The notes beneath the pieces were generated by a model. That model did no database searches, was not told the origin of the DNA, and saw only the letters and a program-made list of their open reading frames with translations. The position numbers and the translations under genes were made by a program. Positions 39,410-49,224 of a stretch of DNA of 64,000 nt are shown here, one piece after another. Numbering within the stretch: the first letter of the stretch is position 1; each line of letters starts with the position of its first letter. Source of the DNA: Candidatus Latescibacterota bacterium (GTDB lineage: Bacteria; Latescibacterota; UBA2968; UBA8231); contig CBDAOB010000005.1 of assembly GCA_965197905.1 (NCBI GenBank), forward strand, positions 1,184,001 through 1,248,000. Reading direction: 5' to 3'.

Positions 39410-39425
39410 AGCAATAGACGTGCCA
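39410..39425 (-). promoter_or_regulatory. Sigma54 (-24/-12) promoter
   Basis: Minus strand TGGCACGTCTATTGCT matches TGGCACG-N4-TTGCW exactly. Confidence 0.82.
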
Positions 39426-39597
39426 CCATGGGCCGACCGCTGCGGAGTATCCATAAGTGGGGGTTTATACAAATGGTTACAGGTAACGAATAAGGAATGT
39501 TTCGGGCTATCGGATGACGCACACGGCGAAGATTTTTCTCCTGGAGCGGAAACCTTTCCGTCAGTGTCGTCTCTGCGTCCTAACTTAAGTCCACAGC

Positions 39598-39626
39598 TTG
39601 ACATAACAAATGTGTTTATCTATATT
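39598..39626 (+). promoter_or_regulatory. Sigma70 promoter
   Basis: TTGACA-17nt-TATATT upstream of the 100-aa ORF. Confidence 0.75.
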
Positions 39627-39696
39627 TCCCGGCGATTTTGGTCCCTGCCGCACACGCTCGGTTGTGATATCGGGGATTAAATAAAGAGGCGATCCA

Positions 39697-39999
39697 ATGG
39701 TCTGGACTATTCTCGGGCTGCTGTGCGTCATGGCTACGAAGTTTCTCACTGCGGTGAGACTGCGTGGCTTGAAGGCGAAACTTGAGGCTATCCAACCCGA
39801 AATTGACGAGGTGCGCTACAAGGTAGCAGAGGCCGAGGACAGCTACGATACCTTGAAGCTGAAGGTCGAGGAGAAGGAGAAGCTCCTCAACAACCTCAAA
39901 GATGTCGTCAGAAATCTTGAGGATAGTCTGAAACAGCCGGCAGAAGACCGGGAGTCCTACGAACGCGTCCAACTCATGGAAGCCGAAAGCGGCGCCTGA
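39697..39999 (+). CDS. Small membrane-anchored coiled-coil protein
   Basis: N-terminal hydrophobic helix plus coiled coil; GAGG RBS, own promoter and terminator. Confidence 0.8.
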   Translation: MVWTILGLLCVMATKFLTAVRLRGLKAKLEAIQPEIDEVRYKVAEAEDSYDTLKLKVEEKEKLLNNLKDVVRNLEDSLKQPAEDRESYERVQLMEAESGA

Positions 40000-40035
40000 G
40001 TTCCTTTCCGGGCATCGACCCACCCCACACATCTA

Positions 40036-40069
40036 CCTGTCTGCTACCGATGCGGGCGGGGTTTTTTTT
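40036..40069 (+). terminator. Intrinsic terminator
   Basis: CCTGTCTGC-loop-GCGGGCGGG followed by T8. Confidence 0.75.
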
Positions 40070-40080
40070 AGGATCCCCGA

Positions 40081-40836
40081 TTGGAGATTGACGACTCCAT
40101 AACCGCGAAGCGGCTGGCGGATTACAGGACGCACTACGAGGCCGACGCACAGGCCATCGACGATCCGCAGGCTCTGGGACCATCGCGTTACCATTCCGAG
40201 AAACGGCGTTTGGAAACCCTCGTTCGGGGGTTGCCATTAGAGGACGGGGTTCGAGTTCTCGACGTTGGTTGCGGCTCCGGATGGTTTGCCAAAGAATGTG
40301 CGGAAGTGGGAGCGAGGGTGTGGGCGACGGACCTGTCGCGCAGGGGAGTGAGAGGGGCGCGCGATCGCTACCCTACCGCGGGGCACTTTCAGGTTGGCGA
40401 CGTCTACGGTTTGGCGTTTGTCGATTCTTCGTTCGACATCGTGCTGCTTTCGGAGGTGCTGGAGCATTTGGAGGATCTGGACGGCGCCGTAGGGGAGGTT
40501 GCGCGCGTGTTGCGACCCGGGGGTCTGCTGCTGGTAAGCGTCCCCTATCGCGAAAAAATCGTTCGTCATCTGTGCATTCACTGCAACCAGTTCACGCCAG
40601 CCAATGCCCACCTACACAGCTTCGACGAACACAGTCTGGGCAACCGTCTACGCCGCTTCGGGCTCGAGCCAAAGAGACTGATCTTCCTCAACAACAAGCT
40701 GCTCGAATTGATCCGTTTTCCGTTGCGATCCGCACGGCTACCCCATGCACTTTGGCGATGCTTCGACCGCCTCTGCAATGCGGCCATCGGCAAGGCGGGG
40801 TTCTTGAGCATCCTGGCCGAGAAACCGGAACAATGA
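40081..40836 (+). CDS. Class I SAM-dependent methyltransferase
   Basis: VLDVGCGSG, FDIV..SEVLEH, RVLRPGG; CIHC motif. Confidence 0.9.
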   Translation: MEIDDSITAKRLADYRTHYEADAQAIDDPQALGPSRYHSEKRRLETLVRGLPLEDGVRVLDVGCGSGWFAKECAEVGARVWATDLSRRGVRGARDRYPTAGHFQVGDVYGLAFVDSSFDIVLLSEVLEHLEDLDGAVGEVARVLRPGGLLLVSVPYREKIVRHLCIHCNQFTPANAHLHSFDEHSLGNRLRRFGLEPKRLIFLNNKLLELIRFPLRSARLPHALWRCFDRLCNAAIGKAGFLSILAEKPEQ

Positions 40837-42326
40837 CATCAGGCGGGGTCACCAGGCGTGTAGCTACCGTTGCCGCCGGCAGGACCGCGAACGTTGTCAG
40901 CCTGGTTCTGGTCAATGCCATTCTCGCGCGTGGTTGGCCGATGGAACAGGTGGGGGTCGTCCTCACTCTCCTGGTACTGGTAAACTCCCTGCTGCCTCTG
41001 TTTCAGCTGGGTTTACCTACGAGTCTACTCTTCTTTTTCCCTCGAAAAAGCCATCAAGGTCAGCTAGAAATGACGCTGCAGACCGTGCTGCTTCTCGCCG
41101 TATCCGGTCTGGCCATCTCTCTCGCTCTCTATCTAGTCGGAACCCCTATTGCGCGTTTGCTCGGCGTCGCAGAGCCCAGCGGAATCCGGGGATATCTGTT
41201 GCCCTTTCTCCCTTTTGCTTTCGCTACGGTTGCCGGTGGATTCGCCGATGCGGTTCTAGTAGCAACAACCCGTACCCAATGGATGGCCGCACTTTCCATA
41301 GTGCATGCGTTGGTCTCGGTCATGGTCATCGGTGTTGCAGCGATCTACAGCCGGCCCCTCTCTGAGCTGTTGGCGCTCTTCTCCCTCGTGGCTGTGGCGA
41401 GGCTCGTCGTCGGCGTTGTGTTGGTCACGCGGGCAATGGACGGTCTCGAGGGCCGCTGGCGCCTGACCGCAACCGGTTTGTCGGCGTATCTCAAATACAC
41501 CATCGCCATCGGGTTGACAGACGCGATCGGAGGGTTGTCCCGCTTTGTCGACCGATACGTGGTGCTCTTCTTCTTCACGGCCACCACCTTCTCGCTCTAC
41601 CAGTTCGGAGCCCTGGAGGTCCCGGTAGGCATTCTGGTCACTGCCGTCGCCACGGTACTCGTTCCCGAAGTAAGCAAACGCTACGCCGATAGCCGCCAAG
41701 TTGAAATCGCCGAACTGTGGAAACATTCGGTGCGAAAGCTCGCCTTGATCGTGCTGCCCCTCTTCTGTTTCCTCTTTGTATTCTCCGGACCCCTCTTCGA
41801 ACTGTATTTACCGAACGAGTACGCCCGGAGTGAGTGGGTGTTCAGGATTTTCCTGGTGGCGCTGCCCCTCCGCTGCGCGACCTACAATGCTCTTCTAGTG
41901 GGTATGGGCAAAGCGACCTGGGCCATGTGGGGAAGCTTCTTGGACTTGGTGCTCAATCTCGCGTTCAGCGTTCTCATGGTAATATGGTTGCTCGAGAAAG
42001 CACCCCACTATGCCTTTATGGCACCAGCGGCGGCAACGGTTGTAGCCACGTTTGTGCAAGTTGCATTGCTCGTCGTCTCGATAGGTTGGCATTTGAAGTG
42101 GCCCTTTTTTGCGCTGCTCCCCTGGGGCCGCCTGGCCGGCGTGCTCGGGATCTCATGTGGCGCCGCCCTGCTCGCCTGGTTTGCGGCCGCGGGGGTTAGT
42201 ATGGCGATAATGAAGATGGTGGTCGGTGGTGTCGTATTTTCCGTGGCCCTGGCGTTCCTCTACGGAATCGTGCCGTCCATCAGGACGGAGCTGAAGCAAG
42301 TCTGGATGGGTATCCGTGCTCATTGA
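40833..42326 (+). CDS. Polysaccharide flippase (Wzx/MOP superfamily)
   Basis: About 14 TM helices; QLGLPTSLLFFFP, VDRYVV, VLVPEVS; ATG 40833 overlaps the upstream stop. Confidence 0.82.
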   Translation: MTSGGVTRRVATVAAGRTANVVSLVLVNAILARGWPMEQVGVVLTLLVLVNSLLPLFQLGLPTSLLFFFPRKSHQGQLEMTLQTVLLLAVSGLAISLALYLVGTPIARLLGVAEPSGIRGYLLPFLPFAFATVAGGFADAVLVATTRTQWMAALSIVHALVSVMVIGVAAIYSRPLSELLALFSLVAVARLVVGVVLVTRAMDGLEGRWRLTATGLSAYLKYTIAIGLTDAIGGLSRFVDRYVVLFFFTATTFSLYQFGALEVPVGILVTAVATVLVPEVSKRYADSRQVEIAELWKHSVRKLALIVLPLFCFLFVFSGPLFELYLPNEYARSEWVFRIFLVALPLRCATYNALLVGMGKATWAMWGSFLDLVLNLAFSVLMVIWLLEKAPHYAFMAPAAATVVATFVQVALLVVSIGWHLKWPFFALLPWGRLAGVLGISCGAALLAWFAAAGVSMAIMKMVVGGVVFSVALAFLYGIVPSIRTELKQVWMGIRAH

Positions 42327-44894
42327 CAGCGACTCAGTGGGAAGCAAGAAATGGGTCTACCTCGCCATCCTCTCGATTGTGGCTGCCGGATGCGTGACCT
42401 ATTCCAACTCTTTCCACAACAGCTTTCACTACGACGACGAACACTCGATCATCGAGAATCCGAACATTCGAAGCTTGACCAATATCCCGCAGTTTCTTGT
42501 CGATGCGGGCGCCTTTTCCGGATTGGACGAGGCCAGAATGTACCGTCCGCTATTGTTGGTCACACTCTCCCTCAACTACGCCTTCGGCGAATATGAGCCC
42601 CCCGGCTATCACCTGGTCAACCTGCTTTTCACATCTGCAACTCGGTTCTGCTCTGGGTTCTGGCTGCCCGGTTAGGGGCGGGACGGGGTGAGGCCCTCTT
42701 GGTGGCGCTGCTTTTCGTCGTTCATCCAATGGCTACGGAGCCGGTCAACTACATCAGCAGCCGTTCATCTCTTATGGCGGCGCTCTGCTGCTTGTTCGGA
42801 ATGGTTCTACTGACGCGACCCCATTCGCGGGGTATCGTATGGATCGCTTCGATTAGCGCATGGTATCTAGGGGGGTTGGCATCGAAGGCCGTGGCCACCA
42901 GCTTCCCGGTGATCGCTGCCGTCTATCTCTGGGGCCGTTCACGGTTGAGGTATTGGTACCTACCGGCAATACTCGTGGGCATCACCGTGGTCTATATGGT
43001 CGGCACCCGAGCGATCATCTCCAAAGCGATCTTCGAACCGGTACGCACGCTCGGCGTGCAGGCGGCGACGCAGGCGAAGGCCTTCGTGTTCTACATCTGG
43101 ACCGTCGTCATGCCGGTTCGCCAAAGCGTCGAGCCCCAGTTCGACATGGCAACCGATTGGCTCGAAACACCAGTCGTGACGGCGCTGGCGTTCGGCTTGA
43201 CCCTAATCCTGGTGGCTTGTCAAATGGCATCGCGCCACCGGATGATCCTGCCCACCGTCTGGTTTTTCGTCGCTCTGCTGCCGTCTTCGGCGATTCCCCT
43301 GAACGTCCTGGTGAACGAACATCGTCTCTACCTTTCCATGGCTGGCTTCGCGCTGATACTGGGAGTCCTTTTCTCGATGGGGCGACTCAAGGGTATCATC
43401 GTGCTGATCCTGCCGCTGTTGATGGCCCTGAGCGTCCAGCGCAACACGGTCTGGCGCGACGGGGAAACGCTTTGGGGGGACGCGGTTGCCAAAGGACCTG
43501 GCATGGCTCGTCCACACGTAAACCTGGGAAAAGCGTACATAGAGGCGGGCCGGTTTCGCGAGGCTATCGCCGAAAGCCGCCGGGCACTGGAGATCAATGC
43601 CGGGTTGCCGAGGGCGTATTACAATGTCGGTTGGGCGCATCACAGTCTAGAGGAGCTGGAACTCGCCGCTGCTCACTACAAGCGGGCTATCGAGCTAGAG
43701 CCGAAGTTGATTGAAGCATACAACAACCTGGGCAATGTGTATCAGGAACAGGGACGACCTGACAGAGCGTTCGCAACCTATTACAAAGCCCTGGAGTTTC
43801 GGCCGGTTCGGCAGATATATCATAATCTGGGCAATGCGTTTTTACGACACGGTGAGCCGGATTCTGCACGAATAGCCTTTGAGCAGGCGATTCAGCTCGA
43901 TCCCGACAGACAAGGTTCCAAGGAATCCTACAAGGGGCTGGCCAAGGCGCTTCGCGACGGAGAGCGTCACGAGTCGGCGTTGGCCACGTTGCTGAAAGCC
44001 CAGGCACTGTGGCCGCTGGAGCGCCCATTCAAGGTGCTCGAGGGTTCGGTCTATGCCGCCATGGGTGACGACGCGGCGGCCACCCGCGCCCTGATTGCCG
44101 CCGGTCTGGACACCGTGGAGGTTCAACTGAGCCTGGGGGACGAAGCGCGAAAACGAAGAGATTGGAAACGGGCGTTGGGGCACTATGAATTCGCTCTCGA
44201 TGCTGGTTCCAGGGATGCTCGAGTCTACAACGCCCGCGGCGAGGCTCTTTTTGCCACCGGCGATTTGGATGGGGCTCTGGAAGATTTCCGTACCGCCGCC
44301 CGAACCGATCCAGAGCTCGCTGCTGCCTACACCAACATCGGCCGCGTGCAGTTGGCCCGGGGCCGTGATGTCGAAGCGGCAGCAGCCCTGGAGCGTACCC
44401 TGGATTTCGAAACGGACAATCCGCGGGTTTTTGAGCTTCTTGGAAAAGCGTACGCATTGTCGGGCAAAACAGCTGCCGCGGTGGAGGTGTTTGGCCAGGC
44501 CATCGCTCTGGATCCTGAGTCACCCGACTCATACACCAACTTGGGTCTGCTGTACAACCAGTCGGGCGACGAACGACGGGCGGAGGAGATGTATCAAAAG
44601 GCGCTGGCTGTGGAGTCCGAACACGTTGCCGCCCTCTACAACCTGGGACCCCTTTCCCTGCAACAAGGTAAACTGACCGCTGCCATGGAGCTGCTGCGAA
44701 AGGTGGTGGCTGCTGACGATCGTCATGAGGACGCTTACATGAATCTTGCCGCTGCCCATATTCAGGTAGGGGACCGGGGTGGGGCGGTCGAGGCGCTCGA
44801 GCATTTCCTGGCACTGCACGGAACAGCCGACGAGTTGGGTGGCCGGATCGAGGTACAGCTGCACACCTTGAAATCGGGCATCGAGGCGGAATAG
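42316..44894 (+). CDS. TMTC-like GT-C membrane protein with many TPRs, one frameshift near 42626
   Basis: FHYDD..I..NP, YRPL, YHLVNLL / VHPMATEPVNYISSRS, NEHRLYL, RN.VW; TPR array; one T missing in CTTTTCAC. Confidence 0.85.
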
Positions 44895-44935
44895 CCGATT
44901 CCTCCTCCCCCAGCATGAGACAAGGAGGGGTTGAC

Positions 44936-45409
44936 ATGGATCTACCGAAAGCCATATCGACGCTACTGGAGCCGTTGTTTTCAGAGTACCCGCCCGACCG
45001 CGCGATGCAGCAGCTCGTTGTGCGCGAACCGGCGTCGGGTTTCTTGGGTTTGGTCGAGGGGCTTGTGAAAGAATCGGGAAATCAGTTGCCAACCCCATTG
45101 TACTCTGCTCTGTGGCTCTACGTGGATGACCTGAACCGCAGCCACACCATTTCCCAGGGCATACAAAGCGCCACAGGGTCTTTCTGGCACGGGATCATGC
45201 ACCGCAGGGAGGGCGACTTTTCCAACAGTCACTATTGGTTCAATAAGGTTGGAGAACATCCGGCGATGTCGCGGATCGATGGGTACGATGCCCACGATTT
45301 CATCGACGCGGTAGAATTGAATAGCGGCAGTCAATCTGCTGAGCTGGTAGCCCGCCAACAGGCTGAGTGGCAGGCGCTATTTTCGTGGTGCGCTGAGAAT
45401 CCGGAGTGA
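44936..45409 (+). CDS. Hypothetical protein with a conserved-looking His/Trp motif
   Basis: AGGAGG RBS; SHTISQ...FWHGIMHRREGDFSNSHYWF. Confidence 0.78.
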   Translation: MDLPKAISTLLEPLFSEYPPDRAMQQLVVREPASGFLGLVEGLVKESGNQLPTPLYSALWLYVDDLNRSHTISQGIQSATGSFWHGIMHRREGDFSNSHYWFNKVGEHPAMSRIDGYDAHDFIDAVELNSGSQSAELVARQQAEWQALFSWCAENPE

Positions 45410-45467
45410 GCAGATGCCGGGTTGCGATGGTTAGCGGGCACCTTCTATATTCTTGGATTTCCGCGGA

Positions 45468-46772
45468 GTGAGCACGTTGGCAGAGACTATAGGTGTGGGT
45501 CTCATTGGTCTTGGCACGGTTGGCACCGGGGTCGTCCATCTGCTGCTGCAGCGGTCGGAGAGCCACCGCCCGACGGATGTAGGGTTCTGCATACGCCGTG
45601 TAGCCGTACGCGACAGGACGAAATCGCGTGGGGTCGATCTCGACGCGGGGCTGCTGACAGAGGACCCCACGGCGGTCATTGATGACCCTTCTGTCGATCT
45701 CGTCGTCGAACTCTCCGGCGACGCGGAGGCCCGCTCCTGGATAGCACGGGCACTCGATCAGGGTAAGGATACGGTGACGGCCAACAAGGCCGTTGTTGCC
45801 GAATTCGGTGAGGAGCTCTTCGATCGCGCCCAAGCCAGTGGCGCCGATCTCATGTTCGAAGCGAGCGTCGCGGGTGGCATTCCGATCATTCGCTCGATGC
45901 GCTCGGGGTTGGCGGCCAATCGGGTGGAATCGATCCACGGAATCCTCAACGGCACCACCAACTACATTCTCACCCAAATGACCCGAGGCACCGGAGACTA
46001 TGGGGAGAGTCTGGAGTTGGCCAAGCAGAACGGCTTTGCAGAATCGGACCCGACCATGGATCTAAACGGCATGGATGCGGCGCAAAAACTAGCTATCCTG
46101 TGCCGCATTGCGTTTGGCACGAATGCCTCCGGATCCGAGATAGCGCGGTCGGGCATCGAAGGCATCAGCCGCGCCGATATCGAGTACGCCAGGGAGCTCG
46201 GCTACGTAATCAAGCTGCTCGCCATTGGCAAGCGGCGCGACGACCAGATCGAAGCCCGGGTGCATCCAGCCATGATTTCGCAGGATTCAGTGCTGGCCAA
46301 CATCCACGATGAGTACAACGGCATCGAGGTGGTTGGCAGCGCGGTGGGAACTCAGGTGTTCACCGGGAAGGGGGCTGGGCAGATGCCCACGGCAAGCGCT
46401 GTGGTGGCGGATATGATCGAGGTGGCCCAGCGCCGGAGTTCCGGAGCTCGTTCGGGTGTAGGTGATTTGCTTCCAGGGCGCGGCGCCTTGAGGCTGGCGG
46501 ACAGCGCGCAGATGGAATCGCGATTCTACCTGCGGCTAGTGGTGGCCGATCGACCCGGAGTGCTCGAGCTTATCGCCAAGATACTGGCCAGCCAACAAAT
46601 CAGCATCGCTTCGGTCTTGCAAAAGGAACGCGATCTGCAAGGCGGTGCCGTGCCGCTGATTATCGTGACCCACGAAGCCAGCGAAGCAGCCATGCAGAAC
46701 GGTCGGGAGGAGATGAATCGACTGAACGAGGTGCAGGAGGATGTACAGTTGATCCGCATCGAAGCGACATGA
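45468..46772 (+). CDS. hom: Homoserine dehydrogenase with ACT domain (start uncertain)
   Basis: GLGTVGTGV, VTANKA, FEASVAGGIP, GILNGTTNYIL, GAGQMPTASAV, DRPGVL. Confidence 0.96.
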   Translation: MSTLAETIGVGLIGLGTVGTGVVHLLLQRSESHRPTDVGFCIRRVAVRDRTKSRGVDLDAGLLTEDPTAVIDDPSVDLVVELSGDAEARSWIARALDQGKDTVTANKAVVAEFGEELFDRAQASGADLMFEASVAGGIPIIRSMRSGLAANRVESIHGILNGTTNYILTQMTRGTGDYGESLELAKQNGFAESDPTMDLNGMDAAQKLAILCRIAFGTNASGSEIARSGIEGISRADIEYARELGYVIKLLAIGKRRDDQIEARVHPAMISQDSVLANIHDEYNGIEVVGSAVGTQVFTGKGAGQMPTASAVVADMIEVAQRRSSGARSGVGDLLPGRGALRLADSAQMESRFYLRLVVADRPGVLELIAKILASQQISIASVLQKERDLQGGAVPLIIVTHEASEAAMQNGREEMNRLNEVQEDVQLIRIEAT

Positions 46773-47965
46773 AGTACGTAGTTATCGTTCCCGACGGCGC
46801 GGCTGATTACCCGGTCGCCGAGATCCAGGGTCGGACGCCCCTGGAGGCGGCCTCCCTGCCGAACACCGATCGCCTGGCTGCGGAAGGTTCGGGGGGGTTA
46901 GTGAAGGTGATCCCCGACGCTCGTCATGCCGGCAGCGACATCGGCAACCTCGAGCTTTTCGGGTACGACAGCTTGGTCGACTATACGGGCAGGGCTCCGC
47001 TCGAAGCTAAAAGCATGGGGATAGAGCTGGAAAAGGACGGGATAGCGTTCAGGTGCAATTTGATCAACCTGCGGGAGGAGGTTCTTCACGACTACAGTGC
47101 AGGGCACATCTCCACGCCCGAAGCAGACGAGCTGATTCAGCTTCTGAACCAGGAGTTGGGGAGCCGCCAGATTCGATTCTACACGGGGGTGGGGTACCGC
47201 CATTTAATGATCTACGAAGGCGGTCCGGAACACCTGGAGACTCATGCCCCTCACGATATCATGGGCAGGAAGATCGCCAACAATTTGCCTGCCGGCGGCG
47301 GCCAGGAATTGGTAAGGGATCTCATGGACAGAGGTGCAGACATTCTGTCTGGTGCCGCGGTCAATCGGAAACGCGAGTCAGCCGGAGAGCTGGCGGCGAA
47401 TGGCATCTGGCTGTGGGGTTCGGGTCGCGCACTGCAGCTGGAGAAGATGCACAGCAAATTCGGCATATCCGGTGCCGTCATCTCCGCTGTGGATTTGGTA
47501 CGCGGTATCGGACTTACTGCCGGATTGGAGATCGTGGACGTCCCGGGAATTACCGGTTACACCGATACCAACTACAAAGGTAAGAGCCAGTACGCCCTCG
47601 AAGCCTTGAGAAAATACGATCTCGTTTATGTGCACGTCGAGGCTCCGGACGAAGCGGGTCACAACGGCGACCTGGACGCCAAGATAGGCGCGCTGGAGGA
47701 TATAGATCGGCACGTCGTTGGGCCTCTGGCTGACGGGGTGGTCCAGCTAGGCGATTGTCGAATCCTGCTGTCGCCCGATCATCGGACGCCCCTCGAGCTC
47801 CGCACACACAGTCGGGAACCAGTACCGTTCCTTCTTTGGGGTACCGGGGTGTCGCCCGACGACATCCGTCGATACGATGAAAGAGAAGCGGAGCGGGGGT
47901 CACTTCAGGTCGAAGCCGGACACCGCTTGATGGAGTTGTTGGTCCGCGGAGCAACCAATGTCTGA
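46769..47965 (+). CDS. apgM: Cofactor-independent phosphoglycerate mutase family (ApgM-like; proposed homoserine kinase)
   Basis: PDGAAD, TPLE.A, GSD, GRAPLEA, HVEAPDEAGH, PDHRTP, H..EPVP. Confidence 0.85.
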   Translation: MKYVVIVPDGAADYPVAEIQGRTPLEAASLPNTDRLAAEGSGGLVKVIPDARHAGSDIGNLELFGYDSLVDYTGRAPLEAKSMGIELEKDGIAFRCNLINLREEVLHDYSAGHISTPEADELIQLLNQELGSRQIRFYTGVGYRHLMIYEGGPEHLETHAPHDIMGRKIANNLPAGGGQELVRDLMDRGADILSGAAVNRKRESAGELAANGIWLWGSGRALQLEKMHSKFGISGAVISAVDLVRGIGLTAGLEIVDVPGITGYTDTNYKGKSQYALEALRKYDLVYVHVEAPDEAGHNGDLDAKIGALEDIDRHVVGPLADGVVQLGDCRILLSPDHRTPLELRTHSREPVPFLLWGTGVSPDDIRRYDEREAERGSLQVEAGHRLMELLVRGATNV

Positions 47966-47991
47966 ACGAGCTACCAGCCGATGGTGACCGT

Positions 47992-49209
47992 ATGGCGTTG
48001 ATCGTTCAGAAATACGGCGGCACGTCGGTTGCGACTCCCGAGCTTATCCGCAGAGTGGCGGAACGTATCGTTGCTCGCAATAAGGCCGGCGACCGCATGG
48101 TGGTGGTTGTTTCCGCCATGGGCGACACGACCAACGAGCTCGAAGCGCTGGCGCGAAAGGTGACCCGACGTCCCTCCGACCGTGAGATGGATATGCTAAT
48201 GGCGTCCGGAGAGCGGATTTCAATGTCTCTTCTGTCGATGGCGGTAAATGATCTGGGGGTGGAAGCGGTATCTCTGACCGGCGGCCAAAGCGGAATTATT
48301 ACCGATACCGCCCATCGGAAAGCGCGGATTCTTGACATCAAGGTCGATCGCATGTTGGCGGAATTGGAAATGGGTCGGGTGCTGATCGTGGCCGGTTTCC
48401 AGGGCGTCACCACCGACGCCGAGGAAACGACCCTGGGCAGGGGAGGTTCGAACCTCACCGCCGTGGCTCTGGCTTACGCCCTGGGGGCAGACGTATGTGA
48501 GATGAATACCGACGTAGACGGCATCTATACGGCAGATCCCCGAGTCGTCCCTGACGCACGAAAGCTGGATCTCGTTACTCCGGAGGAGATGCTCGAGATG
48601 GCCGGTGCCGGAGCTCGCGTTTTGCAGTCGCGCTCCGTCGAATTCGCCGAAAAGTACGGGGTTACCATCGCTGTCCGTTCGAGTTTTAACGAAAACCCTG
48701 GAACGTTGATAAAGGAGACAAAAGAGATGGAGGAGGTACTGGTGCGGGGTGTCGCGCACGAGCTGGATGCCGCCAAGATTACGGTTCGGCACGTCACTGA
48801 CAGGCCGGGAATAGCGGCAAAGCTGTTCGGCTCGCTCGCGCAACGCCACGTCAACGTCGACATGATCATTCAGAATACCAGCGAGGCGGGTTCGACAGAT
48901 GTCTCCTTCACCGTGCAGAACGAGGACCTCGATAAAGCGTTGGACGTGTGTGCCGGCGTCCAGAAGGAACTGGGTGCCGAAGAGGTGGTTGCCGATTCCG
49001 ACATCGCCAAGGTGTCCGTGGTTGGAGTGGGGATGAAGAGCCATGCGGGGGTGGCGGCGAGCATGTTCGAAGCGCTGGCGACGGCAAACATTAACATTCA
49101 TATGATCAGCACCTCGGAGATCAAAATCTCCGTCGTGGTTCGTGAAGCCGACGCAGAGCCCGCCGTGCGTGTGTTGCACAACGCTTTTAAATTGGCTGAG
49201 GCGAGTTGA
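47992..49209 (+). CDS. lysC: Aspartate kinase
   Basis: VQKYGGTSV, VVSAMGDTT, AGFQG, TTLGRGGS, two ACT domains, STSEIKIS. Confidence 0.96.
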   Translation: MALIVQKYGGTSVATPELIRRVAERIVARNKAGDRMVVVVSAMGDTTNELEALARKVTRRPSDREMDMLMASGERISMSLLSMAVNDLGVEAVSLTGGQSGIITDTAHRKARILDIKVDRMLAELEMGRVLIVAGFQGVTTDAEETTLGRGGSNLTAVALAYALGADVCEMNTDVDGIYTADPRVVPDARKLDLVTPEEMLEMAGAGARVLQSRSVEFAEKYGVTIAVRSSFNENPGTLIKETKEMEEVLVRGVAHELDAAKITVRHVTDRPGIAAKLFGSLAQRHVNVDMIIQNTSEAGSTDVSFTVQNEDLDKALDVCAGVQKELGAEEVVADSDIAKVSVVGVGMKSHAGVAASMFEALATANINIHMISTSEIKISVVVREADAEPAVRVLHNAFKLAEAS

Positions 49210-49224
49210 TATCCGGAGGATCTA

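Noticed and set aside
39510..39590. Glycine or ZTP riboswitch (CACTGACGGA on the minus strand)
   Set aside because: Only short motif fragments match; I cannot place the required conserved elements without a covariance search
40269..40832. N-terminal extension of the 685-aa flippase ORF
   Set aside because: It overlaps the methyltransferase; ATG 40833 coupled to the upstream stop is the better start
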